A stretch of 64,000 bases of DNA, taken from the NCBI GenBank assembly GCA_963707505.1, contig CAVPQB010000004.1, forward strand, positions 800,001 to 864,000, in the 5' to 3' direction. Of this stretch, positions 39,623 through 49,111 are shown piece by piece. The translations under genes and the position numbers were made by a program. Each line of letters starts with the position of its first letter. Position 1 is the first letter of the stretch. A model generated the notes under the pieces. That model did no database searches. It worked only from the letters and a program-made list of their open reading frames with translations, and had not been told where the DNA came from. The stretch comes from an uncultured Gemmatimonadales bacterium (lineage in GTDB: Bacteria; Gemmatimonadota; Gemmatimonadetes; Gemmatimonadales; Gemmatimonadaceae).

Positions 39623-41710
39623 ATGAAAGACCTCGCAGCGCCTCCTCCGCGTTGGACCCATGACAGTATAAAGCACTTCCTCGTCTGTCTGGGCGCAGCG
39701 CTCGTTCCAGCTGTCGCACCGCAGCTCTCCGCCCAGGTTACGCCATCCGACACGTTGCCGGCGGTTCATGTCACCGTGCTTCGCACTCCATTCGATGTCA
39801 CGAGAGCACCGCTCGACGTCGCTTCCGTTGGCGCGCGCGACATCGCTGTTGCGCGACCCGGCTTTTCACTCGACGAAGCTCTGGGGCAGGTCGCGGGGAT
39901 TCAGGTCGACGATAGATTGAACTTCGCGATCGGTGAGCGACTCTCCGTGCGCGGGATCGGTGTACGATCCCAGTTCGGCACACGCGGAGTTCGGGTATTG
40001 GTCGATGACATTCCAGCGACGCTCGCCGACGGTCAATCCGCGCTCAACAACATCGACATGGGTTCGCTCGGCCTGGCGGAGGCGATTCGCGGTCCGGCAT
40101 CCGCGTTGTACGGCAATGCATCGGCTGGCGTCATCTCATTTCGAACGCTGCCGCCGCCGCAGGTCCCGTTTGCACCAACCGCGCGCGTCATGTCAGGCAG
40201 CAATGGGCTCGCGCGATTCCAGCTTGGCTTCGGCGGAATGAAGGGTAGAGGAAGCTACGTCGTAAACGCCGACAGACTCGACTATTCCGGCTACCGCTCG
40301 TACAGCCACGCACGAAATGCGCACGTCAACGCAGTCGGAACGTGGGACTGGGATAGAATCTCGCTCAAGCTTGTCGCCAACGGCGTGCAGTACGCCGCCG
40401 AGAATCCCGGAAGCCTTTCGGATTCGCTGCTGAAGATCGATCGGCGGCAGGCTTATTTCAACAATTTCAATCAACGCACCGGTGAGCGCGGCCGTCAGAA
40501 TCAGGTTGGCGCGAGTGCGCGCGCGCAACTCGGCGTTGGCGAGCTGCGACTGTCCGCATATGGATTGACGCGCTCGATCAACAACCCGATTCCTACAAGC
40601 ATAATCGGCATTCACAGAGCGGCAGGCGGAGTGCGCGCTGCCTACGCAGTGACCGAGGGCAATGCCGATCGCAACGTGACAGCGATGATAGGCGGCGAGT
40701 CCGACTTGCAACGGGACGACAGGCGCAACTGGGTGAACACACGCGGTGTGGCCCGCGCAGTCACGCTGGACCAGCGCGAGCGCGTGACGAGCGCGTCGCC
40801 TTTTCTGCAGCTGAGCGCAACCGCCGGCAAGCTGACCTTTCTGGGCGGTGCGCGATACGACCAGTTTCGCTTTGAAGCGCAGGACCATCTCATCAACGCG
40901 ACCAATCCGGATGATTCCGGCGTGCGCAAGATGACGTCCACGAGTCCGACGCTGGGTGTCACATATGCCGTGACGCCGCTGCTGTCCCTGTATAGCAACG
41001 TGTCCAACGGTTTCCAGACACCGACGACGACCGAGCTCGCCAATCGTCCAAGTGGCGCGGGCGGTTTCAATCCAACGCTCCAGCCGGAACGCACCCATTC
41101 GCACGAGGCTGGCATCAAGGGTCGCGCGAGCTTCCTGTCATACGACCTGGCTGCATATGACATGCGCATCGACGACGAGTTGATCCCGTTCGAGGTAGCG
41201 TCGGCTGCAGGACGGCAGTTCTATCGCAATGCCGGCACCGCTCGGCACCGCGGCATCGATGCGAGCGCGAGTGCGATGCTTGCGCCCGACGTGCAGCTGC
41301 ATGGCACATACTCGTTCACCAACGCGCGTTACGTGACCTACACAGTCGCGTCCGGCGCAACGACGACGTCCTATGCGACCAACCGCGTTCCCGGCGTGGC
41401 GCCGAATCTTGCCTCGCTGTCGTTGGACGTTGGCACTCCCGAGGCGCGCTTCATCTCCGTAGAGGAGCGGTATCGCTCCAATATTCCGGTCAATGACGCG
41501 AACACCGCGTCGGCACCTGCGTCGATCATTACTAACCTGCGTGGCTCCATGCGTGTCGGGCCAACGTCGCTGTTTGGAGGAGTCGCCAACCTGTTCGACG
41601 AGGTGTACGACACTTCGGTATCGATCAACGCATTCGGCGGCCGTTACTTCGATCCAGCCGCCGGAAGAACTTTTTACGTCGGCATCGATCTTCTCGCCCT
41701 CAAGAGATGA
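39623..41710 (+). CDS. TonB-dependent receptor (YncD-like)
   Basis: Plug RGIGVRSQFGTRGVRVLVDDIP, RGPASALYGNASAGVI, FQTPTTTEL, LQPE and NLFDEVY...PAAGRTFYVG motifs. Confidence 0.93.
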   Translation: MKDLAAPPPRWTHDSIKHFLVCLGAALVPAVAPQLSAQVTPSDTLPAVHVTVLRTPFDVTRAPLDVASVGARDIAVARPGFSLDEALGQVAGIQVDDRLNFAIGERLSVRGIGVRSQFGTRGVRVLVDDIPATLADGQSALNNIDMGSLGLAEAIRGPASALYGNASAGVISFRTLPPPQVPFAPTARVMSGSNGLARFQLGFGGMKGRGSYVVNADRLDYSGYRSYSHARNAHVNAVGTWDWDRISLKLVANGVQYAAENPGSLSDSLLKIDRRQAYFNNFNQRTGERGRQNQVGASARAQLGVGELRLSAYGLTRSINNPIPTSIIGIHRAAGGVRAAYAVTEGNADRNVTAMIGGESDLQRDDRRNWVNTRGVARAVTLDQRERVTSASPFLQLSATAGKLTFLGGARYDQFRFEAQDHLINATNPDDSGVRKMTSTSPTLGVTYAVTPLLSLYSNVSNGFQTPTTTELANRPSGAGGFNPTLQPERTHSHEAGIKGRASFLSYDLAAYDMRIDDELIPFEVASAAGRQFYRNAGTARHRGIDASASAMLAPDVQLHGTYSFTNARYVTYTVASGATTTSYATNRVPGVAPNLASLSLDVGTPEARFISVEERYRSNIPVNDANTASAPASIITNLRGSMRVGPTSLFGGVANLFDEVYDTSVSINAFGGRYFDPAAGRTFYVGIDLLALKR

Positions 41711-41787
41711 CCGAGCGAGGATGACGGGACGCGGTCAAAAAATCGACCGAGAAATGACGGCAGGATGTAATCAGGCGATGACGCGCG

Positions 41788-43035
41788 TCATTCCGGGCGC
41801 GTCGGCGGATGCAGTGCTTCCCAATCGATCAGCGGCGCATCCATCACAGCCTCCTCGACTGCATCCGCAACCGCGCGGCGCAGCGGGCCCGCCTTCTGAT
41901 TGTTACGCGTGGGATAGACCCGATTCGTCAGCAGCACTACCCACACGCCGCGCTCCGGGTCTGTCCAGATGGATGTGCCGGTAAACCCGGTGTGGCCGTA
42001 GCTGCGCGGCGAGAAGTAACGACCTGCACTTGAATGCGGCGCGGGTGTATCCCAACCCAATGCACGGCTGGAACCTGGATCCTGCGCCGCAGTCCAGCGT
42101 GCAATGGTCGTGGGAGCCAGAAGGCGAACGGATCCCACGCTTCCACCATTCAACAGCATCCGCGCGAAGATCGCCATGTCATGCGCGGTCGAGAAGAGGC
42201 CGGCGTGGCCGGACACACCTCCCATCGCGTTTGCGTTCTCATCGTGCACCTTGCCCCACACGAGGCCCCGCAACGTATCAATTTCCGTTGGTGCGATGTG
42301 GCGCCTGTCGACTGTATCCGGACGGTACCCCGTCTCGCTCATGCCGAGCGGTCCGAAGATGTGCTGTGCAGTGTACGTGTCGAGTGACTGACCGGTGATT
42401 CGCTCCACGATGAATCCCATCAACACGTAATCCCAGTCGCTGTAGATCGACTTGGTACCGGGTGGATACGCCAACGGCCGCGAGTTGATTGCAGCGAGAA
42501 ACTGCTGCTTCCCTCTGAGCGTTGCCCACAACGGCGCGAAGGCTTCCAACCCGCCGCGATGCGTTATCAGCTGACGCACGGTTATGTCCTTCTTGTCCGG
42601 CGCGTTGAATTCCGGCAGGTACGACGCCACTGTCCTGCTTATGTCGAGCTTTCCCTGTTCCTCCAACATCATCGCTGCCGTGGTGGTTGCCACCACCTTG
42701 GTGAGCGACGCCATGTCGAAGCGTGTGTGCTCATCCACCGCCGGTGCGGTATCGGCGTATGTGAGACGGCCGTAAGAGTGCAGATAAATGAGATTGTCGT
42801 AGCGCCCGATTGCCACCGCCATCGCAGGGGCCGCGTGGTCTGCAATCGCCGCATTTATGATCGAGTCGATGCGTGCCGGCAATGTCGGATTCAAGCCTGC
42901 GACGGCTCTTGCGTTGGTTGCAGTACTTGCAACTGGATTGCTTCGCGTCACCGGATGAACCGTGGTGCTACACGCGATGCCAATTGTCGCAACTACCGCA
43001 ACCGTGACGATCCCGAACTTGCTTGCTCGATTCAT
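41788..43035 (-). CDS. Class C beta-lactamase-related serine hydrolase lipoprotein
   Basis: Lipobox GIAC, ASLTK (SxxK), YSD, GHAGLFS and GHTGFTGT motifs. Confidence 0.9.
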   Translation of the reverse strand: MNRASKFGIVTVAVVATIGIACSTTVHPVTRSNPVASTATNARAVAGLNPTLPARIDSIINAAIADHAAPAMAVAIGRYDNLIYLHSYGRLTYADTAPAVDEHTRFDMASLTKVVATTTAAMMLEEQGKLDISRTVASYLPEFNAPDKKDITVRQLITHRGGLEAFAPLWATLRGKQQFLAAINSRPLAYPPGTKSIYSDWDYVLMGFIVERITGQSLDTYTAQHIFGPLGMSETGYRPDTVDRRHIAPTEIDTLRGLVWGKVHDENANAMGGVSGHAGLFSTAHDMAIFARMLLNGGSVGSVRLLAPTTIARWTAAQDPGSSRALGWDTPAPHSSAGRYFSPRSYGHTGFTGTSIWTDPERGVWVVLLTNRVYPTRNNQKAGPLRRAVADAVEEAVMDAPLIDWEALHPPTRPE

Positions 43036-43124
43036 GGCTTTACTGATTAGAGAATAGTATGTCAGCGTACACTTGGAATTACCCATGACACTGCCTCACT
43101 GAGTCACACCGGCGGAACCGTTCC

Positions 43125-45023
43125 TCAACGCTCAGGTGCGTCGCCCATCGCGCTCGTCGGAACTGCAGGCGCATCGATCGGCTTGCCGTTCTTTCTCACC
43201 ACGTACGCCTCCATCGCGAAGTACTCCGGGAGCCCGAGCCGGTCGACAGCGCGGCCGTGCTGCGGTTCCGATCCTCGACGCGCTGCCAGAACTCGCGATC
43301 GTCCTGGCCAGGGAAGGGAGCGCGATCCTTCTGACTTTGGTGCTTGAAGATCGCGACATCTTCTCGCGCAGCTCGTCCTCCGACAGCGGGACGAGCACGT
43401 CGGCCTCGGCGATCTCCCACTCCTGCCACGCGCCGCGGTAGTACCACATCTCCGGACGCTCACCGGAGTACTGGGCGAGCGCGCCCTCCACCGCCTCGAG
43501 GCACATCCGGTGAGTGCCGTGCGGGTCGGAGAGGTCGCCGGCGACGAAGACCAGCTCCGGTCGGTGCTACTCGAGCAGCTCGAGAGCGATGCGGACGTCT
43601 TCAGGACCGATCGGATCCTTGTGCACTTTTCCGGTCTGATAGAACGGAAGATTGAGAAAGCGCGCCTGCTCGCGCTTCATTCCGAAACGTCTCGATGCCG
43701 AGACGGCCTCCGCTTCGCGGATCGCGCGCTTCATCACCTGCACTGGGAACGCATCGACCTCCCCTTGCTTCTTGAGGCAAGGAGTTCCTCGACGGCACTG
43801 ATCAGCGCCCCGCATCGGTGCGTCGTTGAGATCGAAGTCGGTCCGAAGCGGCGCAAGGAAATCGGCGTAGCGGCGCACCTCGTGATCGAAGACGGCGATG
43901 TTGCCCGACGTCTGATACGCGACGACAATCTCGTTCTCGTTCTGGTGCAGCTTGTTGAGCATGCCGCCCATTGAGATGACGTCGTCGTCCGGGTGCGGCG
44001 AGAACACGATGATACGCGCCCGTGCGGCAGCTTGCTGCGACCGCGAATCTTGGCGATCAGCGCGTTGAATACCTCGCCGTTGAGCGGACCGGCCTTTCCG
44101 TACCGCGCAAGCAGCGAGCTCAGGTGGTGCTCGCGGTAATCGTTCTCGTCGAGCTTGAGCACCGATTTTCTTGGTAATCTCGCTCAGCCAGATCACCGCA
44201 TCGATCGCCTTCTCGCGCGTCCACTTCACCTCGCCGACCACCCACGGCGTCGCGAATGCGCGTGAGATCGGCGGCCGCCGCAGGATCGACGTAGAACACC
44301 GCGTTCGGATGCTGCTGGAGATAGGTCGCCGCGACGTCCGGGTTCGGCTCGCCTTCCACCGCGCGCTCGATGATCGCGGCCTTGTGCTCGCCCGTTGCGA
44401 CGAGCGCGATCTCTCGCGCCTCCATGATCGTCGCTACACCCATCGTGATCGCTTCGGTCGGCACGTTGTCCTCGCCGAAGAAATCGGCGGCGGCGTCGCG
44501 GCGCGTGACGGTGTCGAGCGAGATGCCGCGGGTGCGCGACTCGGCGCCGGATCCCGGCTCGTTGAAGCCGATGTGCCCGGTCTTGCCGATGCCGAGAATC
44601 TGAAGATCGATTCCGCCAGCGTCTCGGATCGCGGCCTCGTACGCGTCGCACTCGTCGTCGACGTCGTCGCGCGGAACGTCGCCGCGCGGAATGTGGATGT
44701 TCCCGCGCGCACGTTGATGTGGTTGAACAGATTCTCCCGCATGTAACCGGTGGTAGCTGTGGATGCTCGTCCGGCTTCATCGGGTAGTACTCGTCGAGAT
44801 TGAAGGTCACGACGTCGGAGAAATCCAGACCTTCGTCGCGGTGCATCTTGATCAGCTCGCGATAGATACCGATCGGCGTGCTTCCGGTCGCGAGGCCGAG
44901 CACCGCATGCTCACCCGATTTCTGCCGCGCGCGAATCATGTCGCGCATCCGGCCCGCGATCAGGCGTGCAATCTCGTCATCTTCTGCAACGACTACCCTT
45001 ATCCGTTCCCGGGGCGAAGACAA
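43125..45023 (-). CDS. nagB: Long-form glucosamine-6-phosphate deaminase with C-terminal PIG-L-like domain (many frameshifts)
   Basis: [62 protein letters not shown] and YRGAWQEW pieces in order across frames. Confidence 0.9.
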
Positions 45024-45038
45024 CGGTGCGATCCGCCC

Positions 45039-45980
45039 TTACTCCGACGCTTCGATAAAGCTGCGGACATCGACTTCCGACAGACTCGGCTCGCCCGGGG
45101 AGACGTTGTCCAGCTTGCCCTGCTTCATCCAGTCTTCCAGCATGCCCACCAGCTCGAACAGATGTTCGAACGATTCCACGATGAAAAGCAGCGGCTGGTA
45201 GTGATCGATCTCGAAGTACTGGTTGATCACCCACTCCAGCTGGATCGGATAGCGCTGCACCTTCGGCGACTCGATGCTGTGCTGCATCTCGCCGTACGAG
45301 CAGAGCAGGCCGCTGCCGTAGGCCTTGAGCCCTTGCCGTCCGGCGCGCGCATCAGTCCGAACTCGACTGTGAACCAGAAGAACCGCGCCATCGCCTTGAT
45401 GATGCTCGTGGTGCGGCGAACCTGCTCGTCCGGGTCCTTGATACGCTGTCACGATCTGAACGGCGGTCTGTGCCGCACTCGCCGAAGCGTACCAGCGCGT
45501 CGGCGAACGCCGGGTCGGTGTGCATCGGCACGTGGCCGGCGATGTCGTGGAAGATGTCCGGCTCGGGCAGGTAGTCCAGGCGCCCGTGCATCGCGGATGG
45601 TGATGGTCGTCGGGAACTCGCGCTTGCGCAAGGCAATCGAAGAACAGATAGGCCGGAACGTACCCGCTCACCGCCTTCGCCTTGAAGCCGGTGCGGGGGG
45701 CCATGAACTTGTTCACGTCTTCCAGCCGCGGCACCGCGCTGGGATCGAGGCAGAGCGTCTCAACGCCCTGCAGGAAACGCGGATTCGCGTAGCGCTGCCA
45801 CCGATCGCCCATACGCGCGAACAGTTGCCTCCACGCCTCGTGGTTCTCGGCGTTATATAGCTCGTACGGCTGTTCGATATAAAGCTCGCCGTGCTCGCGT
45901 GCTGCCTCTATGAACGGGGAGCGCGTAGTCGTGAGCCCGGGAATATCTTCCGTCGTGTCCTGTCCCAACGTCGTCGCCAT
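45039..45980 (-). CDS. phhA: Phenylalanine-4-hydroxylase (several frameshifts)
   Basis: Pieces FFDCL, LDYLPEPDIFHDIAGHVP, FFWFTVEFGL, KAYGSGLL and YQPLLF in order across frames. Confidence 0.9.
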   Translation of the reverse strand: MATTLGQDTTEDIPGLTTTRSPFIEAAREHGELYIEQPYELYNAENHEAWRQLFARMGDRWQRYANPRFLQGVETLCLDPSAVPRLEDVNKFMAPRTGFKAKAVSGYVPAYLFFDCLAQARVPDDHHHPRCTGAWTTCPSRTSSTTSPATCRCTPTRRSPTRWYASASAAQTAVQIVTAYQGPGRAGSPHHEHHQGDGAVLLVHSRVRTDARAGRQGLKAYGSGLLCSYGEMQHSIESPKVQRYPIQLEWVINQYFEIDHYQPLLFIVESFEHLFELVGMLEDWMKQGKLDNVSPGEPSLSEVDVRSFIEASE

Positions 45981-46029
45981 TTAGAGCTCCATGTGCCGGA
46001 TGCAACCAGTGTATGTTACCCGCCCAGCG

Positions 46030-46998
46030 ATGAATCGGCTACTATCCGCGCGGTCAACAACGCACCCGATCATCGCTGCGGCGGCAGTCGTGCTGATCAG
46101 CGCATGCAGCGCGTGCAGCGGGTCACCACGGCCGGATCACCCGCCTCTCATCGTCTTCAATGCCGGTGCGCTCGCGCTGCCGCTACGCGCGGCGCTCGAC
46201 TCGTTCGCGCCGAGTCATGGTTACGGAGTGAGCCAGGAAAACGCCGGGTCGGTGGAGACGATCCGCAAGATCAGTGATCTCGGTCGCGTACCCGACGTGG
46301 TCGCGGTCGCCGATACGGCGCTGTTCGCTCGCCTGATTCCCGGACGGCTCACGGGACCGATCGCGCTTCTGGGCACCAGTCGCCTGGTTCTGGCATACAC
46401 CGGCCGGTCCCGCTTCGCGGATGAGGTGACTGCCCGGAATTGGGCCGACATCACGACCAGGCCGGGCGTCGAGGTGGGGCGGAGCGATCCCACTTTGGAT
46501 CCTGCGGGCTATCGCGCACTCATGGCAATGCAGCTGGCGGAACGGTACTACAAGCGGCCCGGACTTGCGGCGAAACTCGAGGCGGCGGCATCCACGGCGA
46601 ACGTGCGTCCAAAATCCGCAGATCTTGTCGCATTGCTGCAAACCGGGAACCTGGACTACGCCTGGGAGTACGAGTCAGTCGCCCGGAAGCTGGGCCTTCG
46701 ATTCGTCAACCTCCCACACGAGGTCGACCTCGGCGATCCAACGCTCGCCACGACGTATTCCGTGGCGAGCGTTGACATTTCACCGCCGAGCTCGGGGAGC
46801 AAGTCGGGCGGCACCCCGCGGGTGTCGCTCGTGATGCGCGGCGCGCCGATCGTATTCGGTGCGGGCGTCCCCAGGGATGCTCCGCACGCTCGCGCCGGAC
46901 ACCAGTTTATCACATTTTTGATGTCACCTGAAGGCCGTTCGATCCTTGCCGCATCTGGGCTGCAACCCGTTGGCACCGCTGCAGCCGATACCAGATAG
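46030..46998 (+). CDS. Tungstate/molybdate ABC substrate-binding lipoprotein (WtpA-type)
   Basis: VFNAGAL, GSVETIRKI, SDPTLDPAGYR, DYAWEYESVA and LPHEVDLGD motifs. Confidence 0.8.
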   Translation: MNRLLSARSTTHPIIAAAAVVLISACSACSGSPRPDHPPLIVFNAGALALPLRAALDSFAPSHGYGVSQENAGSVETIRKISDLGRVPDVVAVADTALFARLIPGRLTGPIALLGTSRLVLAYTGRSRFADEVTARNWADITTRPGVEVGRSDPTLDPAGYRALMAMQLAERYYKRPGLAAKLEAAASTANVRPKSADLVALLQTGNLDYAWEYESVARKLGLRFVNLPHEVDLGDPTLATTYSVASVDISPPSSGSKSGGTPRVSLVMRGAPIVFGAGVPRDAPHARAGHQFITFLMSPEGRSILAASGLQPVGTAAADTR

Positions 46999-47312
46999 TG
47001 CGGGAAAAAGCTCCGGCAAACGCCGTTTCGTTTCGCCGAGCATTCTGACGCGTCATATGGTTTTTCTCCTCAACACCCGTTTGGACCGCACAAAATGGAT
47101 GAGATAGTTCAATTTTTTACACGCCGCCCGCTGGCTCAGCGCGCATTTCTTGCATTCACGGTAGCTATGTTTCTGGCCTGCGCAGCACAGGTCGCCGCGC
47201 ATTCCTAGCAGCCCGGTGAGAATCTTCGGTCCGTAACGCCGTGTGATTCGCACCGTCCAACATCTCGATGACGCCGCCATGCGCGGCTGCTGCACTTAAC
47301 CTGGAATCGCGT

Positions 47313-49077
47313 GTGAAATCACTGTACGGTGTCTTTGGCGCTGCTCTTCTGGTTGTCGCGTGTAGCGACTCGACTGTCGCGCCGATTCCTGGGACCCCCG
47401 ACCCGACGCTGTCGGATCTCGGGACGATGAATGTCGGTGACGTTCGTGCCATGACTTTCTCATCGGCGTCGGGTGGGCTGTCCATTCCGGCGTCGGCTGG
47501 TTCGGCGCAATTCGCCGTGATCCTCGGCAATTCGAACGTGAATGCCGGCACGATCGGCAACTACGGCGTTCATGGCGACTGGCTGACGCCGTCGGTCAGC
47601 ACACCGGTGTCGGATGTATTCCCGCCGACTCAGCGTCCGCTCGAGGTACCGGCAACGATATCGCGCGGCGAGCAATTCGAGGCCCAACTGCGAGACTTCG
47701 AGCGCACACACCTTCCGCGTCCCGGTGGACGGCGGAGCGTGGGTACGGGCACCGCTGCGAGCGCGAACGTGCTGACGCCGTCGCGCGCTGTGAACGCCCC
47801 ACCGGCCGTTGGATCCACGATGTCACTCAAGGTTCTGACGTCCGCCGGCTTCGGCGGCGTGTCTACGAAAGCGTGCGACGCGGGCGGTTACACGACGACA
47901 CTCGGCATGGTGCGATACGTGTCGACGCACGCGATAGTCGTGAGCGACGTCAACTCGCCGGCTGGCGGATTCACCGATGCTGATTTCAAGTCCATCGGCG
48001 ACGAATTCGACCAGATGATCTACCCGACCGACGTCGGGTACTTCGGCACGCCGACCGACATCGACAACAACGGCCACATCATCATCTACTACACGCCGGC
48101 AGTGGACAAGCTGACGCCGGCGGGGACGGCGAGCAAGTCGGGATACGTTGGCGGGTTCTTCTTCGCCGGCGATCTGTATCCGCCGACCTCTGCTGGTTGT
48201 CTGTCCAGCAATCAGGGCGAGATCTTTTACCTTCTCGCTCCGGATCCAAGCGGCGTGAACGGCAATTCGTTCAGCACGGCGTTTGTGCGGCAGATAACGC
48301 GCGGCACGGTTGCGCACGAATTCCAGCACATGATCAACTCCGGCAACCGGTACATCTCGCCATCCGTCGTGAACTTCGAGGCGACCTGGCTGGACGAGGG
48401 GCTCGCGCACTTCGCGGAAGAAGCTGTGGGTCGAGTCGAGGCGGGCTTCGCTGACAACACGACGGTCGGCCTGTCCGACATCAATAACCTCGACACGACG
48501 ATAACGCAGGCGTTCTTCCTCCAGAATCTGGCGCGCGCGAAGTATTATGTGGAGCGTCCCGACACGACGGCTGCGATCGTGAGCCACACCAAGGCAGCCG
48601 CCAACCTTGCGTCACGCGGCGCGGAGTGGGCGCTCGTGAGATACGTCGCCGACTGGTTCAATACCGGCGGCGATCCGCGCACTCTCACGCGCAAGCTCGT
48701 CGCAGGTCCGGACACGGGTACCGCGAATATCGTCAAGGCGACAGGCGCGCCGATGGATACGATCCTCGCGCATTTCCTCGTCACGCTCTACGCCGACCAT
48801 CGAGCCGCCACGCCCGCAGCGTCACCGTACAATTTCAAGAGTTACAACTTCCGTCAGCTCGTCTCGGGAGTGCTGATCGGCACCGAGACATCCGCGTCAT
48901 ACCTCCCAGTAACATCGATCGGCACCGGCGGGTCAGTCACCGCGAACGTGCCAGCATCGTCCGCCGCTTATTTCTGTTACGTCGGGATCGGGCGCGCGAA
49001 CGATCCGAATAACAAATTCAGGCGGGACGACGTCCTCGGACCCGAACGGGCGCGTGTACGTGATGCGGGTGCAATAA
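47313..49077 (+). CDS. Secreted lipoprotein zinc metallopeptidase (HExxH + E; M30-like); frameshift at ~48977
   Basis: Lipobox VVAC, HEFQHMI...WLDEGLAH and GGFF motifs; the corrected frame ends GRVYVMRVQ-TAA at 49077. Confidence 0.8.
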
Positions 49078-49111
49078 ACGACGCTATCGGCGCGCCGATA
49101 GCGTCGCCGGC

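Noticed and set aside
43125..45980. nagB and phhA (and typA) as true pseudogenes or programmed frameshifts
   Set aside because: All motifs are preserved, the indels are numerous and clustered, and there are no slippery-site signatures. Sequencing or consensus error is more parsimonious.
35235..45980. Phe hydroxylase plus decarboxylase as a monoamine (tyramine/dopamine) pathway
   Set aside because: The genes are about 8 kb apart on opposite strands, and decarboxylase specificity cannot be read from the sequence.
47138..47154. sigma54 promoter upstream of the metallopeptidase (...TTGCA)
   Set aside because: It lacks the invariant GG at -24.
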